Virus record (IMG/VR): IMGVR_UViG_3300002498_000029
Origin: an uncultured virus (IMG/VR IMGVR_UViG_3300002498_000029)
Taxonomy: Duplodnaviria > Heunggongvirae > Uroviricota > Caudoviricetes
Length of the DNA stretch: 64,000 nucleotides
Strand: one strand, 5' to 3'
This document shows positions 33,236 to 45,983 of the stretch, one piece after another (positions within the stretch are counted from its first letter, which is position 1; each line of letters starts with the position of its first letter). The position numbers and the translations under genes were made by a program. Below the pieces are notes generated by a model, which was given only the letters and a program-made list of their open reading frames with translations, was not told where the DNA came from and made no database searches.

Positions 33236-33760
33236 TTGAAAGTCATAGGAATTGCTGGTTATGCTGGTTCTGGTAAAGATACTGTAGCTAATATTATTAA
33301 ATCACTTGGGTAGTGTTGAAATACACCTGTAATAATTTTACATTTTGCTGATGCAGTAAAATAGATAGCTTATAAATATTTTAATTGGACTGGTAATAAA
33401 GATGCAACAGGAAGAACCCTGTTGCAATAGATTGGTATGTTTGGAAGAAAAATAAATTAGAATACTTGAATAAATTCTTTAGATTTTAATTTATTAAATA
33501 ATAATAATATAATAATAATACCAGACTTAAGATTTAATAATTAGGCTGAATGAATTAAAACTTCTGGTGGAATTATTTTAAATATTTAGAGAAATACTGT
33601 ACAACATTCTAATCATATTTCATAGGCTGGTATTAAGAGAGACTACATAAAGTATAATATTATAAATAATTATTATACTTTATCTTAGTTATCTTTATAT
33701 ATAAAAAATAATATTATAAATAATATTACAAAAACTTTTAATATTACAGAGAAAAATTAA
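33236..33760 (+). CDS. Deoxynucleoside monophosphate kinase (T4 gp1-like; recoded)
   Basis: GIAGYAGSGKDT, FADAVK, GRTLLQ, DLRFNNEAEWI, HISE. Confidence 0.88.
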
Positions 33761-34798
33761 ATGAAAATTTAGAAATCTAAAATACTTTCAGTAAATAAAG
33801 TTTAGAATAATAATTAGTATGTTTATGATATTGAAATGCAAGATACTCCAAATACGTTTTTTGCTAATAATATACTAGTTCATAATTCTATATTTATTGG
33901 ATTAAATAATATGTCAGATTAGTTTTTATAGACTGAAGTAAAATAGTTTGATAAATGGTATTTATAGAATATAGTTAAAAAATATAATCCTAATATAAAT
34001 GAAGACTATTATATCATGTAGTTATAGCATTAGAAAACATTTACTCACTTATATTTTGGTGAAGGTAAAAAAAGATATTATGGTATTCAAAAAAATGGTG
34101 AAAAATATATTAGAGGATTAAATATTATAAGAAAAGATTGTCCATTATTTATGAGAAGTAAATTAGACTAGTTAGCATAGTTATCAGTAAAATAGTAGTT
34201 AATGCTTCATCATCTATAGGACACTATGCAATTATTACTATAGGCTGATTACAGTCAAATTGGAGTATTTAAAAGATTTACAAAAGATTTTGATGATTAT
34301 ATTAAAAAGGATCAACATGTTACTGCAGCTAAATATGCCAATTAGATATATGGTACTAGGATAAATAGAGATGATGTTCCATTATTATTTAATATAATAA
34401 CTTTAAATTAGAATTAGCTAAAAGTAAAAGATAGGCATAGAGCTATTTGTTTATTATAGACTGATTTACATATTATAGATTAGAATAAAGATAAATTTAT
34501 TATCGATTATAAAACATATTTTGATAAACAATGCATTACTCCATTAATGTAGTTTGGATTTATTGAAAGCTGTAAATGGATAATCTAGGAATATAAAAAA
34601 TTACATAGAGATTTTTATCCATTTAGACCAAGTATGTTATGTCCAGTATGCTAGAAAAAACACGCTAAATTAACCCCAGCTAAATCTTGTGTTAGTAAAT
34701 TTATAGCTAAAATTAAGAAAAGTAAATAGTAGACAACAGTGTAGCAAAAAGAAATAATTTCAAAAATATCAGAATATTTAAAACATTTCGAGGAATAA
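33761..34798 (+). CDS. Split intein C-fragment (42 aa) fused to the C-terminal part of the family B DNA polymerase (recoded)
   Basis: YVYDIEM..FFANNILVHN, then SIFI (completing YGDSD/SIF); KKRYYG, RGLNIIRKD. Confidence 0.92.
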
Positions 34799-35739
34799 TG
34801 GTAGAATTTAGTTATAGTCAAATAAGCACTTGAAAGCAATGTCCACATAAGTTTTTTCATCATTATATAAATAAAAATAAAATAGATACTAGTAATATTC
34901 ATACATTATTTGGTACTGCTATTCATGAAACATTACAGTAGTATTTAAAATTATTATATAATAATAGTATAAAATAGGCAGATAGTTGAAATATTAATCA
35001 GTTTTTCAAGGAAAGATTATTATTTAATTATAAAGAAAAAATATTAAAATTAAATAAATAGCCCATAATGAAATAGATTTTGCATAGTTATTTTAATACA
35101 GGATTAGAAATACTTGAATATTTTAAAAAACATAGATTAAAGTATTTTAGATCAACACAATGTGAATTATTAGGTATAGAATTATAGTTAAAATATTAGA
35201 TAAAGTCTGCAGTTTTTTTTAAGGGATTTATAGATATTGTGATAAAAGATACTAAGATAGGTATAATAAAAATAATAGATTTTAAAACTAGTCAACGCGG
35301 ATGGAATGCTAATGATAAAAAAGATTAGTTAAAAAAATCTCAACTATTATTATATAAATTAATTTATAGTAAACAATTTAATATTGATATTAATTCAATA
35401 TAGGTATAGTTTATTATATTAAAAAAGCAAGTAATGAAGTATTAGGATTTTAACATTCCAAGAATTCAAACCTTTATTCCAAGCAATAAGGGCCCAAGTA
35501 TTAAAAAAGCAGAAGTATTATTATAGTAGTTTTTAACTAATTGTATAACAAAATAGGGATAGTATAATAATAATGAATAGTTATATAAACCAACATCAGA
35601 TGCATCAAACTGTAAATGGTGTCCATATTATCATTTAAATGCAACATAGTAGACAGCAATGGTTTGTACAAAATGGGATAAAAAATACAAAAGGAAGGTT
35701 ATAAATGATCAACATTCAATAGCTGAAGTAGTAGTTTAA
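34798..35739 (+). CDS. PD-(D/E)XK exonuclease, RecB/Cas4-like (recoded)
   Basis: SYSQISTWKQCPHK, GTAIHE, GFIDIV, IIDFKTS, QLLLY, CKWCPY. Confidence 0.82.
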
Positions 35740-36763
35740 GCAATTATAGTAGATTGTAACTAATAAATATATGGTTAGAAATCCAAAATAGTTTTCTAAA
35801 AATATTAAAAGATATAATAAACTATTAAATATTATTAATTTATACAATAAAATATCAGAAATAGATATTCAAATAACTACTATAGTAGAAAATGAATCAA
35901 CATCAGATATCGTAGAATAGTATATAGAATTATTAAATCAAGATAAATAGGTATTAGTAGAATAGTTTAATGATTTAACGTTTGAAACAGATCCATTAGA
36001 TGATTTAGAATAGATAATAGTATAGATTAGAGCTGGTACCGGTGGGGATGAAGGTGCAATATTTGCATATGACCTATTTAGAATGTATGATTTATTTGCA
36101 AAAAAGAATAATTGGACTATGATTATTGGTGATAGAAATTAGTCAGTAACACAAAATTGTCAAATAGCAATAAAAAGAATAATATTTAACTTAATTGGAC
36201 AAAATGTATATAAAAAAATGAAATACTAGTCGGGCATTCATAGAGTTATTAGAAATCCAATTACAGATGCTAGTGATAGAACACATACCTCTTCAGCAAC
36301 TGTTGCAATATTACCAGTAATATCAGAGGTATAGTTTTAGTTAGATATGAATGACTTAAGAATTGATTATTACAGAGGTAGTGGTAAGGGGGGTCAACAT
36401 AGAAATACAACTGATTCTGCTTGTAGAATTGTCCATATACCTACAAATACTATGGTTACCTGTGAAGACGAAAGAGCTCAACCTCAAAATAAATAGAGAG
36501 CTTTAAAAGAGTTAAGAACTAGATTATATAATCAATTATTAATGTAGCAATAGAAAAGTATAAGTAGTACAAGAAAATAGTTAGTTGGTAGGGGTGATTG
36601 GTCTAGTAGAATAAGAACTTATAATTTTAAGAAGCAACAATTCTTTGATCATAGAATAAATTATATGACAACACGGTTATAGTAGCTTATGAATGGTAAT
36701 ATGGAATAGTTAATAGATAATTTAGAAATCGCATATAAAAATACATATAAAGGACTAGACTAA
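35705..36763 (+). CDS. prfA: Class I peptide chain release factor, RF1-type (recoded, about 22 in-frame TAG)
   Basis: [58 protein letters not shown]. Confidence 0.92.
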
Positions 36764-36987
36764 TGAAATTTTATTTAATCAACAAAACATATAAACATGA
36801 TATGTTATACGTTGGATAGTAGACTTTTGATAATTTTATATGGTAGCAAGGACTATTACAAGTTATATAGTCATTAATAGACCACTAGCAAATGTTATAG
36901 AAGTATAAAATAGTAGATAGTAATAATAAATAGTATACAATAGAATAGTTTGTGCTAGTACTTGAAAAATTAAACAATAAAAACTAA
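36763..36987 (+). CDS. Small hypothetical protein (recoded)
   Basis: Coupled TAATG start; open to TAA. Confidence 0.5.
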
Positions 36988-36988
36988 A

Positions 36989-37375
36989 ATGAAAATATTG
37001 ATTACTGGTGATCAAAATTATAGTAATAGAATAAAAATTAGAACCATATTGTCGAAAGCATATAAATCAAATACCATAGCTACGTTTAATAAGCAATTTG
37101 GAACTGATGTAATTGTATAGTAGTAGCTAGCTTAGTTATAGACAACAATTTATTATTTTAAATTATATTGTTAGGTGTATAATATGAATTGTTTGCAACC
37201 TAAATATAAATTTAATAAAAGCTTTCATCCTATATTATATACTCAAAGAAATACTGACGCATTAACATGATGTGATTTATGCATTATATTTTACAGATAG
37301 AAATTATAGCCATAGTTGCAACAAGTATATGATCAATGTAAAAAATTAAATAAAAAAATAATTCTAATAAACTAA
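36989..37375 (+). CDS. SLOG/YspA-like protein (recoded)
   Basis: MKILITGDQNY...GTD...QRN...CDLCIIF. Confidence 0.5.
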
Positions 37376-37392
37376 AAATAAAAGGAGACAAA

Positions 37393-37599
37393 ATGCAATT
37401 CTTTCAAGTAAAATTTAAATGGGAATGTGCTGTTGATGATGGTAAACTAAAAAAGGTGACTGAAAAACATCTTATTGAAGCAAAAACTTGTACATAGGTG
37501 TAGAAGATTATACGATAGTTATATGAATCTACTAGTCCAGGATTTTAGATCAAGGAAATAAAATAGTCAGATATTAAGGGAATATTCATTAAAAAGTAA
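37393..37599 (+). CDS. DUF4494-like small protein (recoded)
   Basis: FQVKFKWE..DGKLKKVTEKHLIEAKTCTEVE...FEIKEIKES. Confidence 0.55.
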
Positions 37600-37684
37600 A
37601 AATAATTTAGCTTTTTCTAATTTACTCCATATATATTATTATAGTATAAAATTATTATAATAACAATATATGGAGTTTTTTATT

Positions 37685-37885
37685 GTGAAAGAAAAGAAGA
37701 AAACACGAGCAGTAGTTCAAGTAGTACTGTAGGAATAGTAGAAATAGTTAATATAGCAATATATTAGGTATATATCATTAAAGGACCAAAAAACGTATAC
37801 AATATCTAGTTTTTTATCCTAGTCAATAATGTCAATAATGATTGATAAATATAAATAGCAAGGCTTATATAGATCATAGGAGTAA
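37685..37885 (+). CDS. Small, possibly ribbon-helix-helix DNA-binding protein (recoded)
   Basis: KKTRAVVQVVLEEEEKELIEQYI...TISSFL; GGAG RBS. Confidence 0.4.
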
Positions 37886-38078
37886 CACATGAATAGCAAG
37901 ACCGCAAAATTAATTAATCGTTTTAGTAAAATTGGACTAGTTGATGACTCTAGATAGATTGCAACAACAAATAATCCAAAAAAAGTTATTAAACAAAAGT
38001 ATAAAAATATAATTTATCCATAGAGACATAATTATAAACAATATATGATGATTTAGATAATTAAGTTTAGGAGTAATA

Positions 38079-39623
38079 ATGTAGAATAAGGTTTAGATAA
38101 AATTTAAAACTGGAGATATGTTAAATGGATATGAAGTATTAGATAAATAGAATAGGCCAACTATATTACTATTATCAGATGATCTAAGACATTTTTCTGG
38201 TATAGCTACAATTAGTAGGTAGTTTGTTATAAATACCTGCCATAGATTTAATTGAATACAATTAGCAGCTGGAATAAATCACCCTGATAAAGGTAAATTA
38301 TTCTTATTAGACCAATCAATTCAATAGCAAACAGGTGTATAGAATGCGTCAGTAAAGTTAATCCCATGAGATGGATACGGCAATGCAGATATTATTAGAC
38401 AAATATTAAGAAATTAGAAAGTTGATGCTATAATGCACTATACTGATCCAAGATATTGAGATTGATTATATGCTATGTAGAATTAGATAAGACAAACTGT
38501 TCCAATTCTTTATCTTAATGTATGAGATAATTTACCCTATCCACAATGAAATATGCCATTTTATCAAAGTTGTGATTTAATTATGAATATCAGTAAACAA
38601 ACTAATTTAATAGTTAAACAAGTATTGGGGCCTGATAATGTGATAGATATAGATAAATGTAAAAGATAGAATATAGATATAAATACAGTACAAAATAAAG
38701 ATAAGACTTACATAACTTATGTTCCACATGGAATTGACAAAAATGTTTTTAAACCAGTTGACAAACAAGATAAAGCATTTATATAGTTTAAACAAAAAGT
38801 ACTAAAGAATAAATAGTACAAGTATATTGTATTTTATAACAATAGAAATATAAGAAGAAAATGTACAACAAATCTTATGGCAGCATTTAAATTCTTTGTA
38901 GATCAATTACCAGAAAGTTAGAAGAAAAAGGTATTATTGTATTTGCATACTACACCCTCTGATATGCATGGAACAAATTTAATATAGTGCCATAAAAGAA
39001 TATTACCGTAGTGTTAGGTTATAATATAGGGTAGTCCATATTCTCCATAGCAACTAAATTATCTATATAATATGGCTAGTGTAACGGTCGGAGTCAGTTC
39101 TGCATAGGGATTTGGATTAGCAACAGCAGAATCATTAATGGTTGGTGTACCAATAATTGCTACTGTTACAGGTGGATTACAAGACCAAATGGCATTACGA
39201 GATAATAAATAGCTATATATAAATTCAATACAACAACCGTCAAAACAAGATGGATTAATAGAATAGTATGGTAAATGAGTATATCCAATTGTTCCAGAGT
39301 TAAGTATTTAGGGATCACCTCCTACACCATATATTTATGATGCAAGAGCAACTATAAAAGATATTACATAGGGAATATTATATTGGTATAATCTTGGATA
39401 GGAAAAGAGAAATTAGTATGGTAAATTAGGAAGATAGTGAATGGTAAGTGAATAGAGTATGTTATCTTCTAATATTATGAACAATAGAATAATTTATAGT
39501 ATTTAGTTAGTACTTAACAAATTTATACCACAAGATAAATTTACATTAACAAGTACTAGACGTAAAAGATATGTTCCATAGAATAAAGGAATATTTAATC
39601 CAGTAACTAAAAAATGAATGTAA
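38079..39623 (+). CDS. GT4-like (GT-B) glycosyltransferase (recoded)
   Basis: LLSDDLRHFSGIAT, VPHGID, NRNIRRK, SSAEGFGLATAES, TGGLQDQ. Confidence 0.85.
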
Positions 39624-39636
39624 TTAGAGGTATATA

Positions 39637-40260
39637 ATGTGAATTCAAATAACAGGTAAAAAAGAATAGATAAAACAATATATTATAAATAAAATAAAAG
39701 ATAGAGATGATATTGATTATGGTACAGTTATAAAAGCTTTAAATGATAACTAGCATATAAATTAGTAGTGTAATCCAATACCATTTATTATTTTTAGTAA
39801 GGTAGGCGGAGTAATACATGAAAAATATTAGATAGTTATTGATTAGTAGGTTTGACCGTTATAGTTTAAGTAGATAAGAAAAAAAAATAACATACATTTA
39901 TATAAAATATAGTTGTATGAACTAAGAGTATTTGTATATGCTTCAGAACGAAATATAATAGATTATTATGCAATGTTAAAAGGAAAATTAACAGATCAAT
40001 AGTTTATAAATTTAACAGTATATAAATATTCATCTAATGTAAAAATTATTAAAACGACTGATGATAGTATAAATGTCTATTAGATTAAATACTCTGATAA
40101 TAAATAGGCAATTATAATAATGAGAACAAATTAGATATGTATTCCAGAATAGATAAAATATATCAATAGTATAAGTTATATTGGAAATTTAATGTAGTAT
40201 AATATTCTATACGATAAACAATAGGGTCCATGATTATATGGATTCGATATGGAGAATTAA
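39637..40260 (+). CDS. Hypothetical protein (recoded; second codon is TGA)
   Basis: GAGG RBS; ATG TGA start, open about 207 codons to TAA. Confidence 0.55.
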
Positions 40261-40263
40261 GAT

Positions 40264-41571
40264 ATGGTATATTGTGTAATATCAGCACCAGTAGATACCC
40301 ATAGTGGATATGGTTAGCATAGTAGATTATTTACTAGAGCTATTTTAAAAAGCTTTCCAACTTGAAAAGTATAGATAATTCCACAGAGATGGGGCAATAC
40401 ACCCCATGGATTTTTAGATAAATAGAAAGATAATGATATATTAAGTAGATTTATTCCACAATTACAACGACAACCTGACATATGGATTCAAATTACTGTG
40501 CCAAATTAGTCTAACCCTATTGGTAAATATAATATAATAGTTACAGCTGGTATATAGACTGATAGAGTAGACCCGGGTTGAATATAGGGTTGTAATAGAA
40601 TGGATCTATGTATAACAGTGTCTTAGCATAGTAAACGCACGTTTCAGCATGTATTTAAAAAAGTCAATCAACAAACTGGACAATAGTTAGGGTAGTTAAA
40701 ATTAGAAAAACCGATGTAGGTAATATTTTAGGGAATTAATACTTAGGTATATAGACATTTAAAATAGTAGGAATTAAATCAAAATATAAATAAAATGTTA
40801 AATGATATTAAATAGAAATATTTATATTTATATGTTGGAGCTTGACTACCAGGATAGATAGGGCATGATAGAAAAGATACTGGGATGCTTATTAAAACAT
40901 TTTGTGAAACCTTTAAGAAATATCCATAGAATAATAAACCAGCTTTAATAATAAAAACTTCATTAGTTGGGTATAGTAAGCCTGATAAATTCTAGATTTA
41001 GAATAGATTATAGATGATACGAACATAGTAGAATATGCCACATATATATTTATTACATGGCTAGTTGTCATAGATTGAAATGAATTCTTTGTATAATCAT
41101 CCAAAGGTTAAGACGATGATAACTTATACCCATGGATAGGGGTATGGATTACCAATAGCATAGTTTGCAACTACTGGTAAACCAATTATTGCACCAAATT
41201 ATGGAGGATATTTAGATTTTATCGATTAGAGCAATAGTACTTTATTAACTGGTAAGATGCAACAAATACATCCATCTGTAGTTTGAAAAGGTGTATTAAA
41301 TGAAGATGCAAATTGATTCTATGTTGATTATGGGTATGCATAGTATATATTAGTACAACACTTTAATGATTATAAAAAATATTCATAGAAAAGCAATACA
41401 TTAAGATATAAAATGAAATAGAAATTTAGCTTTAATAAGATGTCATAGAAAATTAAATAGGTATTTAGTAAATATTTACCAGATTTCCCAGAGTAGGTAA
41501 AAATTGTTCTTCCAAAGTTAAAGAAAATATAGTTACCTAAGATAAATAAAATATAGACAAAATAGGATTAA
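40264..41571 (+). CDS. GT4-like (GT-B) glycosyltransferase (recoded)
   Basis: SAPVDTHSGYGEHSR, TAGIET, GHDRKD, THGEGYGLPIAEF (both Glu of E-X7-E are TAG). Confidence 0.85.
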
Positions 41572-41578
41572 ACATAAA

Positions 41579-42469
41579 ATGAATACAACCACATTAATAG
41601 GAACAAAATAGTGTATAATAAAGTTTTTTATGGGAATAAAATCATATGCAAATGACAGACTTAGGTTAGATATAGATTATCTTATTTCTAAAATAAACAT
41701 TGTTAAAGGTAGCGACTAGGAAATATAGCATACTATCAATAATACAAAATATATTATACAGTTTAATCATAATAGTGAAATCACTATTATACGTAAAGAT
41801 AAAAAATATAATATGCAATTATTATCATAGGACTAGTTGTAGAAATTATATAAAACAAAATTTGATGCTGTATTAACCTAGACTAAACATGACCCTTTTG
41901 TCGGCTTAGATAAATATAATACTATGATAAATCCAAGTTTAAAAGAACAAACACCTGGATTAAAATAGTAGGTTAAATAGCATACTAATAATTTAAGAAA
42001 TAAGTTAGATAATGATGAGTAGCCCTATATTGAATAGCTATTTTAGCAGTTTGCTAAAATTGATTAGGTACATAAAAGATATAGTGATAAATTTAAATAG
42101 TAGTTATAGTTATTATAGAATTATTAGTAGCTACCACCGGCATAGAGTAATATAAATGATATTTATGATTAGATAAATAAACCAGTATAGTTAATTGATG
42201 CTGGGTCACTTAAGTAGAAGTATGATAAAATAAAAGATATTCATAGTAATAATTTATAGCCAGTAGCAAATTTAGTATAGTAGACTCATTAGAAAATAAT
42301 AGATGGGCTTACTGCTAAAGAAAAATATGGTAAATAGATATTATAGAATAAAGTATTATTAGATATACTATAGACATTACAAAGTATAAATAAAAGACTA
42401 GTTACGTTATAGAATAATGATAAACCAATAATGGTACATACAGCTCCATTAAAAAAATTATAGGTGTAA
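41579..42469 (+). CDS. Hypothetical helical protein (recoded)
   Basis: Open ATG-to-TAA frame of about 296 codons with TAG=E. Confidence 0.55.
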
Positions 42470-42477
42470 ATTAAATA

Positions 42478-43089
42478 ATGGTACATAGATCTCAAATTCA
42501 AGCTGGGTCAATAATAAGATTTGACTATACTGGTATTAAGGTACATGACCCTAGGCCATTAATATTAGTATTAAACCCAAAATGAAAAACACATATGCAT
42601 GGGTTAAATCTTAATTATTTAACATAGGGATAGGTATATGCATTATATAAATTAGTGTCAGATACTATATCAAATAAGCTTAAAGGTTTATTAGCTGATA
42701 AAATTGGAGTAAGGAATGCAGCAATATCTAATCCATATAACTTTTATCACTTTAGATTAAAAAGATTAATTAAATCTAAGTTTAGAAGATCTTGTTATAG
42801 AACTTATACGTTAACTGGAATATCTAATGTAATAGTTGTTGACTATAAATTTGGTGACATGTCAAAGAAATAGCAACAATTAAAGGCAAGACAATAGTAG
42901 AAGCTATAGAAAAAAAATAATATGGTTAAGAAAAAATAGTAGCTTAAGAATAAAAAGATATAGGCAGCTAAAAGAAGACAATAGCTAATAGATAAAAAGA
43001 AAACTAATATTGTAAATAATAAACCAGCCAATAAACCAATTAGTTCAGTTAAATCTAAATTACCAAAAAATGTTAAACTTGGAAAATAA
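42478..43089 (+). CDS. T4 gp2-like DNA end protector protein (recoded)
   Basis: HDPRPLILVL...HGLNLNYL...CYRTY; basic C-terminal tail. Confidence 0.5.
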
Positions 43090-43419
43090 TAATGTCTGGA
43101 ATATTTATAACTAAAATTTATATTATACAAGCTTAGATAGTATAGGAATATTAGATCACTATAGATAAATATGGGTAGTAGCACATAGGATTCAGGGGTG
43201 ATTGAAAAATATTTGATTAGTCTGGTTTAATATATTATCTTAGAGATTATTAGTTTAGATCTAAATATGTACCATTTGATATGGAAGGACATAAGCTTCT
43301 TGAAAATGACAATAGATTAAAGCAAAATGCCGTCAATAAAGCAATAATATAGCAATATTATGGTAGTTTTAATAATAAAGATAATGACGATAACCATGAT
43401 GACAATAAAGGAGACATAG

Positions 43420-44106
43420 TTGACAATATCATATGCGATACTTAGTCATAATTAGGGTAGTAAGCTTTAGAAATTAGTTGATAGATTAATAAATAATATA
43501 GATTAGTAGGATTAGATTGTAATTGTTGACGATTACAGTGATGATAATTATACTATTAATCTTTTAAATGAATATAAAAAAATATATAATATTAAAGTAG
43601 AATATAGACATTTATATAATAATTTTTCAAGTCAAAAGAATTATTTATTTGATTTATGTTATAAAGATTATATATTTAATTTAGATGCTGATTAGTTAAT
43701 AACTTAGTAGCTTATTATGAATATTAAAACAGTACTAAGTGAAAATAATGATGTATAGTTATTTTGAGTCCCTAGAATTAATATTGTAAATAATATTACA
43801 TAGTAGCACATTAAAAAATGGGGCTGAAATATTAATGATAAAAATTGAATAAACTTTCCAGACTGACAAGGTAGAATAATTAAAAATAAACAATAGATTA
43901 AGTGACAAAATTCTGTCCATTAGATGTTAACTGGATTTACTAAATATGCTTATATCCCAATGGAATGTTAGTAGTTTTGTATTATACATAATAAAGATAT
44001 ATAGACACAATAGAAGCAGAATTAGTTTTACAATATTATTTTAAAAAATAACCATAGCAATATCGGGTAGACGAATAAAAAGTTAGTTGATAAGAATTTA
44101 AAGTAA
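43420..44106 (+). CDS. GT2 (GT-A) glycosyltransferase (recoded)
   Basis: ISYAILSHNE, VDDYSDD, NFSSQKN, NLDADE, VPRIN, FPDWQGRI, VHE. Confidence 0.85.
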
Positions 44107-44107
44107 T

Positions 44108-44137
44108 TGTGATAAGTCTAGGAATCTATAGTATAAT
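44108..44137 (+). promoter_or_regulatory. Phage promoter TGTGATA-N17-TATAAT
   Basis: Repeated motif at the head of the small-ORF array. Confidence 0.75.
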
Positions 44138-45983
44138 AAATTTAAAATAATAAGAGGAAAAACAAATGAAAGCAATCGAAATAGATAATTACCTATTAGA
44201 CAATGTAAGTTAGCCATTTACAAGTACGGAAATAATAGATATAGATAAAATAACTAGAATGGGTATACAAAAAAATAAAGTTGGAACTTTTTTCGGATGT
44301 ATTGAAACTCAAGATAATTCGTATGTTTGTGGTGAAGTAGACTTTTTATATATATGGAAAAACAAAAATAAGCATAAGAATAAATATTAAACATAAATAG
44401 TAAATATAAAATAATAAGTATTTGATATGTCAAAATCTAGACGCAAACATTTGATAAGACGAATTTCAAGTAAATTTTATAAAAAATAGGCTAATAAATA
44501 TATAAGAAGAATAAAAATAGATTAGTGTATTTTAAATAAAAGATTTTATCAAAAACTATATAATAGTTATAGGATAACAGATCAAGTTTGCGTATGAAGT
44601 GAAGATTGAGCTTCAAATAATATTAACGAAGATATTAGAGATAAAAATTATCGATGAATAAGGAATAAATAAGCATGTATGAAAAATGCCCCATTTGTGG
44701 AAGTTATATTGAGCACATTTAGAATAGTTATCCTATTAAATCAATATATAAATGTCCAAATATGAAGTGTAAATTATTTACTATTGAATTTGATTATTAC
44801 TAGTTACTTAATCCAATATTTACAATAGACCTTAGCTTGGCTTATGCAATTCTTATATTGTAGTATAGAGAATAGAAAACCCCATGGTCAATGAGCATGC
44901 TAAGGAACAAATTTAAGTTATTAAAGTATAGACATAAAAATATACTTAGAAAAGAATAGTTAGAGGAATAAATAATGGCTTATATATCCTATAAACCTAA
45001 AGGTTAGATTAAAAATGCAAAAATAACATCTGTTAAGTTAGGTAATACTGATCATGATATAATGACACTACAATTATTTTTAGATTATGGTGGTAGTGGA
45101 CAAGCATTTGGTGGTTATGCATTAGATGAATGGGATGAAAGTAAAGGTTGTAGAGTTGGCACTAGTTATGGACTCCAATTTATTAAAGAAGTATTGGCCG
45201 CTGTAGGGTAGTATGATTTATTTAAACTACCTGGAAAATATATAAGAGTAGACGCAAATGATACTAAGGTTTTTGCTGTTTGCAATATACTTAAAGATAC
45301 TTGATTTGATCCAGATAAGTTAGCAAGAGATTATTTATTAGAACGGGAAAAGTAATAATGAAAATATATACAGTATACAATTTTAATTTCGAAAAATACA
45401 ACTATCGTCATGATAATGTTAGAAGTTTTGGTGATGCAGATAAGGCTATAAAATTTTGTAATTAGAAAAACAGAGAAGATGCCGACTATAGATATCAAGT
45501 TTAGATAGAATAGCTGTAGGAGTAATAATGAATACTAAATATGATTTTTTGTTTTATATGGCATGTATTATTATAATTGGTAGTGGAATAATGTTATTAT
45601 TTACTTCTTGTGATAATAGAGATCCAAATATAACTCTATCATTATCAACAAACGTGTAGCATGTATATAATGGTGATAATACAATAATAACTATTACTGC
45701 TAAATATACTAGTGATAATTTATTTAATCAACGATTATATTTTAAAACAGATAACGGGTATATTAAAGTTAATAATTCAGATACTTGGGCATAGCAGGAT
45801 AGTATAATATATATAAATACAAATATAAGTGGTGAATGTTTATTGCAATTTAAACATCCAAATACTAATGGATATACAAATATATACTGTTGGACTTACG
45901 TATATGATGACCTAATTTTAGTTGAAGAAATAAATACTAAACTACAAATACCAGTGTTATAGAGATAATAGGAGATATATACA

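Noticed and set aside
34798..35739. Cas4 indicating a CRISPR-Cas locus, or the TnpBs being Cas12 effectors
   Set aside because: No cas1/cas2 or CRISPR array is in the window; stand-alone PD-(D/E)XK exonucleases are common next to phage polymerases.
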